A stretch of 27,635 bases of DNA, from the NCBI GenBank assembly GCA_031372065.1, contig JANMKN010000066.1, positions 1 to 27,635 of the forward strand. Direction: 5' to 3'. The first letter of the stretch is position 1. Each line of letters begins with the position of its first letter. Below, one piece after another: positions 26,132 through 27,635 of the stretch. This DNA is from Abditibacteriaceae bacterium (GTDB taxonomy: Bacteria > Armatimonadota > Abditibacteriia > Abditibacteriales > Abditibacteriaceae). The notes under the pieces are model-generated. The model made no database searches. It was not told the origin of the DNA and saw only the letters and a list, made by a program, of their open reading frames with translations. A program made the translations under genes and the position numbers.

Positions 26132-26986
26132 ATGTCCGCCAATCTTCAGATTTTCACCGCTAAAAAGCGCCGCTCTGCCTCGTCATCGCCTATCGCTGTG
26201 GTTTCGCTCTACGACGCACCAAGTGCCGCGCTGTGCTGCGATGCGGGCGCTGATGCGTTGCTGGTTGGCGATTCGATGGGCAACGTGATTTTGGGTTACG
26301 ACAACACGGTGCCGGTGGATATTGATGCCATCGCGCATCACACCGGCGCTGTAGTGCGCGGCGTGAAATCGTCCTCGCGCCCTGATGTGCCCGTAGTTGC
26401 CGATATGCCTTTTGGCAGCTATCACGGCAGCGAGAACGAAATCGTGGCGAATGCCACGCGTTTGCTGCGCGCGGGCGCGGTGGCGTTGAAACTCGAAGGC
26501 GCGGGAGCGCGCACGCTGCGCGCCCTTGAATTGCTGCTTGAAATGGGCGTGCCGGTTATGGGCCATATTGGTTTCACGCCGCAGGCCATTTTGCGCTTTG
26601 AAACCACTGTGCAAGGCAAAACAGCGCCTGACGCAGACCGTTTGCTGGACGAAGCCTTGCGTTTGGAAAATGTGGGATGTTTTGGAGTTGTTCTCGAAGC
26701 GATGACGCAGCAAGTCGCGGCGCGCATCACGCGCGATGTGCAAATGGCAACGATTGGCATTGGCGCCGGGGCGCAGTGCGATGGTCAGGTTTTGGTGTGG
26801 CACGATTTAGCCGGACTGTTGCCGGGCAAGCCGTTTCGTTTTGTGCGCCAATATGCCCAAGGGCGCGAAGTTTTATTGGAAGCGGCTCAAAATTATGTCA
26901 GGGAAGTGAAGTCGAAAGAGTTTCCCGCGACAGAAAACGCGTGGTCTATGAATGATGAAGAAGCCGCGCGTTGGAAAAATGAGTAA
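26132..26986 (+). CDS. panB: 3-methyl-2-oxobutanoate hydroxymethyltransferase
   Basis: LLVGDSMGNVILG, VADMPFGSY, LKLEG, VMGHIGFTPQ, TIGIGAG, DGQVLVWHD. Confidence 0.97.
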   Translation: MSANLQIFTAKKRRSASSSPIAVVSLYDAPSAALCCDAGADALLVGDSMGNVILGYDNTVPVDIDAIAHHTGAVVRGVKSSSRPDVPVVADMPFGSYHGSENEIVANATRLLRAGAVALKLEGAGARTLRALELLLEMGVPVMGHIGFTPQAILRFETTVQGKTAPDADRLLDEALRLENVGCFGVVLEAMTQQVAARITRDVQMATIGIGAGAQCDGQVLVWHDLAGLLPGKPFRFVRQYAQGREVLLEAAQNYVREVKSKEFPATENAWSMNDEEAARWKNE

Positions 26987-27017
26987 GACACGCGAAGTAT
27001 GATTTTTCAGAAATCTA

Positions 27018-27046
27018 TGGACGCGTTGCGCAGGCTTGGCTATAAT
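27018..27046 (+). promoter_or_regulatory. Putative sigma70 promoter for tRNA-Phe
   Basis: TGGACG (27018-27023), N17, TATAAT (27041-27046). Confidence 0.6.
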
Positions 27047-27084
27047 GAAGTTCCGCTGTTTGCTGAGTTTTTGCAAAAAGACTC

Positions 27085-27157
<73 letters not shown>

Positions 27158-27163
27158 ATTGGG

Positions 27164-27265
27164 AATGCGGAATGTGGAGTGCGGAGTGCGGAATGAATCC
27201 GTATCCGTCCCGCATTCCGCATTTTTGTTTTTGCACATTACATTCGGCATTCCACACTCCGCATT
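27164..27265. repeat. Inverted heptamer array (AATGCGG / CCGCATT) filling the tRNA-aminotransferase spacer
   Basis: aatgcgg aatgtgg agtgcgg agtgcgg, then ccgcatt ccgcatt ... cggcatt ccacact ccgcatt. Confidence 0.9.
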
Positions 27266-27268
27266 TGT

Positions 27269-27635
27269 ATGATTCCTCTTCTCGATCTCACCCGGCAGTA
27301 TCAATCTTTAAAACCCGAACTCGAAAAAGCGGCGCTCGAACTGCTTGAAAGCTGCGCTTATATTTTAGGCCCCGCCGTGGCTGAATTTGAAGCCAATGCC
27401 GCTAAAGCGCTGCAAGTGCGGCACGCCATTGGCGTTGCCAACGGCACCGATGCGTTGCAAGTCGCGCTGATGGCAATGGGCATCGGGCCGGGCGATGAAG
27501 TCATCACCACGCCGTTTTCGTTTTTCGCTACTGCCGAAGTCATCTCCGCCGTCGGCGCCACGCCGGTTTTTGTGGACATTGAGGCCGCGACTTATAATCT
27601 CGATCCGCAATTAATCGAAGCTGCTATCACCGAAA
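27269..27635 (+). CDS. DegT/DnrJ/EryC1/StrS family aminotransferase, 5' part (runs off the window; absent from the ORF track)
   Basis: Manual translation [11 protein letters not shown]...[11 protein letters not shown]...[41 protein letters not shown]. Confidence 0.95.
   Translation, partial: MIPLLDLTRQYQSLKPELEKAALELLESCAYILGPAVAEFEANAAKALQVRHAIGVANGTDALQVALMAMGIGPGDEVITTPFSFFATAEVISAVGATPVFVDIEAATYNLDPQLIEAAITE

Overview
Bacterial chromosomal window, mostly housekeeping genes with small accessory inserts. An Armatimonadota/Abditibacteriota-like source is an impression from gene content only. In order: a signalling cluster (N-lobe-less membrane pseudokinase and FHA-ABC transporter on -, diverging from a Zn-ribbon/Ser-Thr kinase/DnaJ-C-like/TM/ankyrin protein and an AT-rich HEAT-like gene on +); the gap-pgk-yccA-tpiA cluster; a DUF1152-like gene; an MFS transporter; a large PPi-type PEP carboxykinase; a ureG remnant missed by the ORF track; a secreted transglutaminase-like protein; a coupled small ORF/DUF3800/RelE-like operon followed by a structured 3' element; uvsE; a PilC/GspF protein; a J-domain-TPR protein; panB; tRNA-Phe; and the start of a DegT-family aminotransferase. 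The most unusual signal is one cassette architecture that occurs twice with unrelated sequences (7413-8171 and 19921-21024). Each has about 11-12 contiguous degenerate 21-bp repeats with palindromic cores, then a strong RBS, an orphan helical protein ending in a GH...PATP tail, and a terminator. The second candidate system is the DUF3800 operon with a putative RNA element. Several short-repeat inverted elements fill intergenic spacers. All family calls come from motif recognition; no searches were run.
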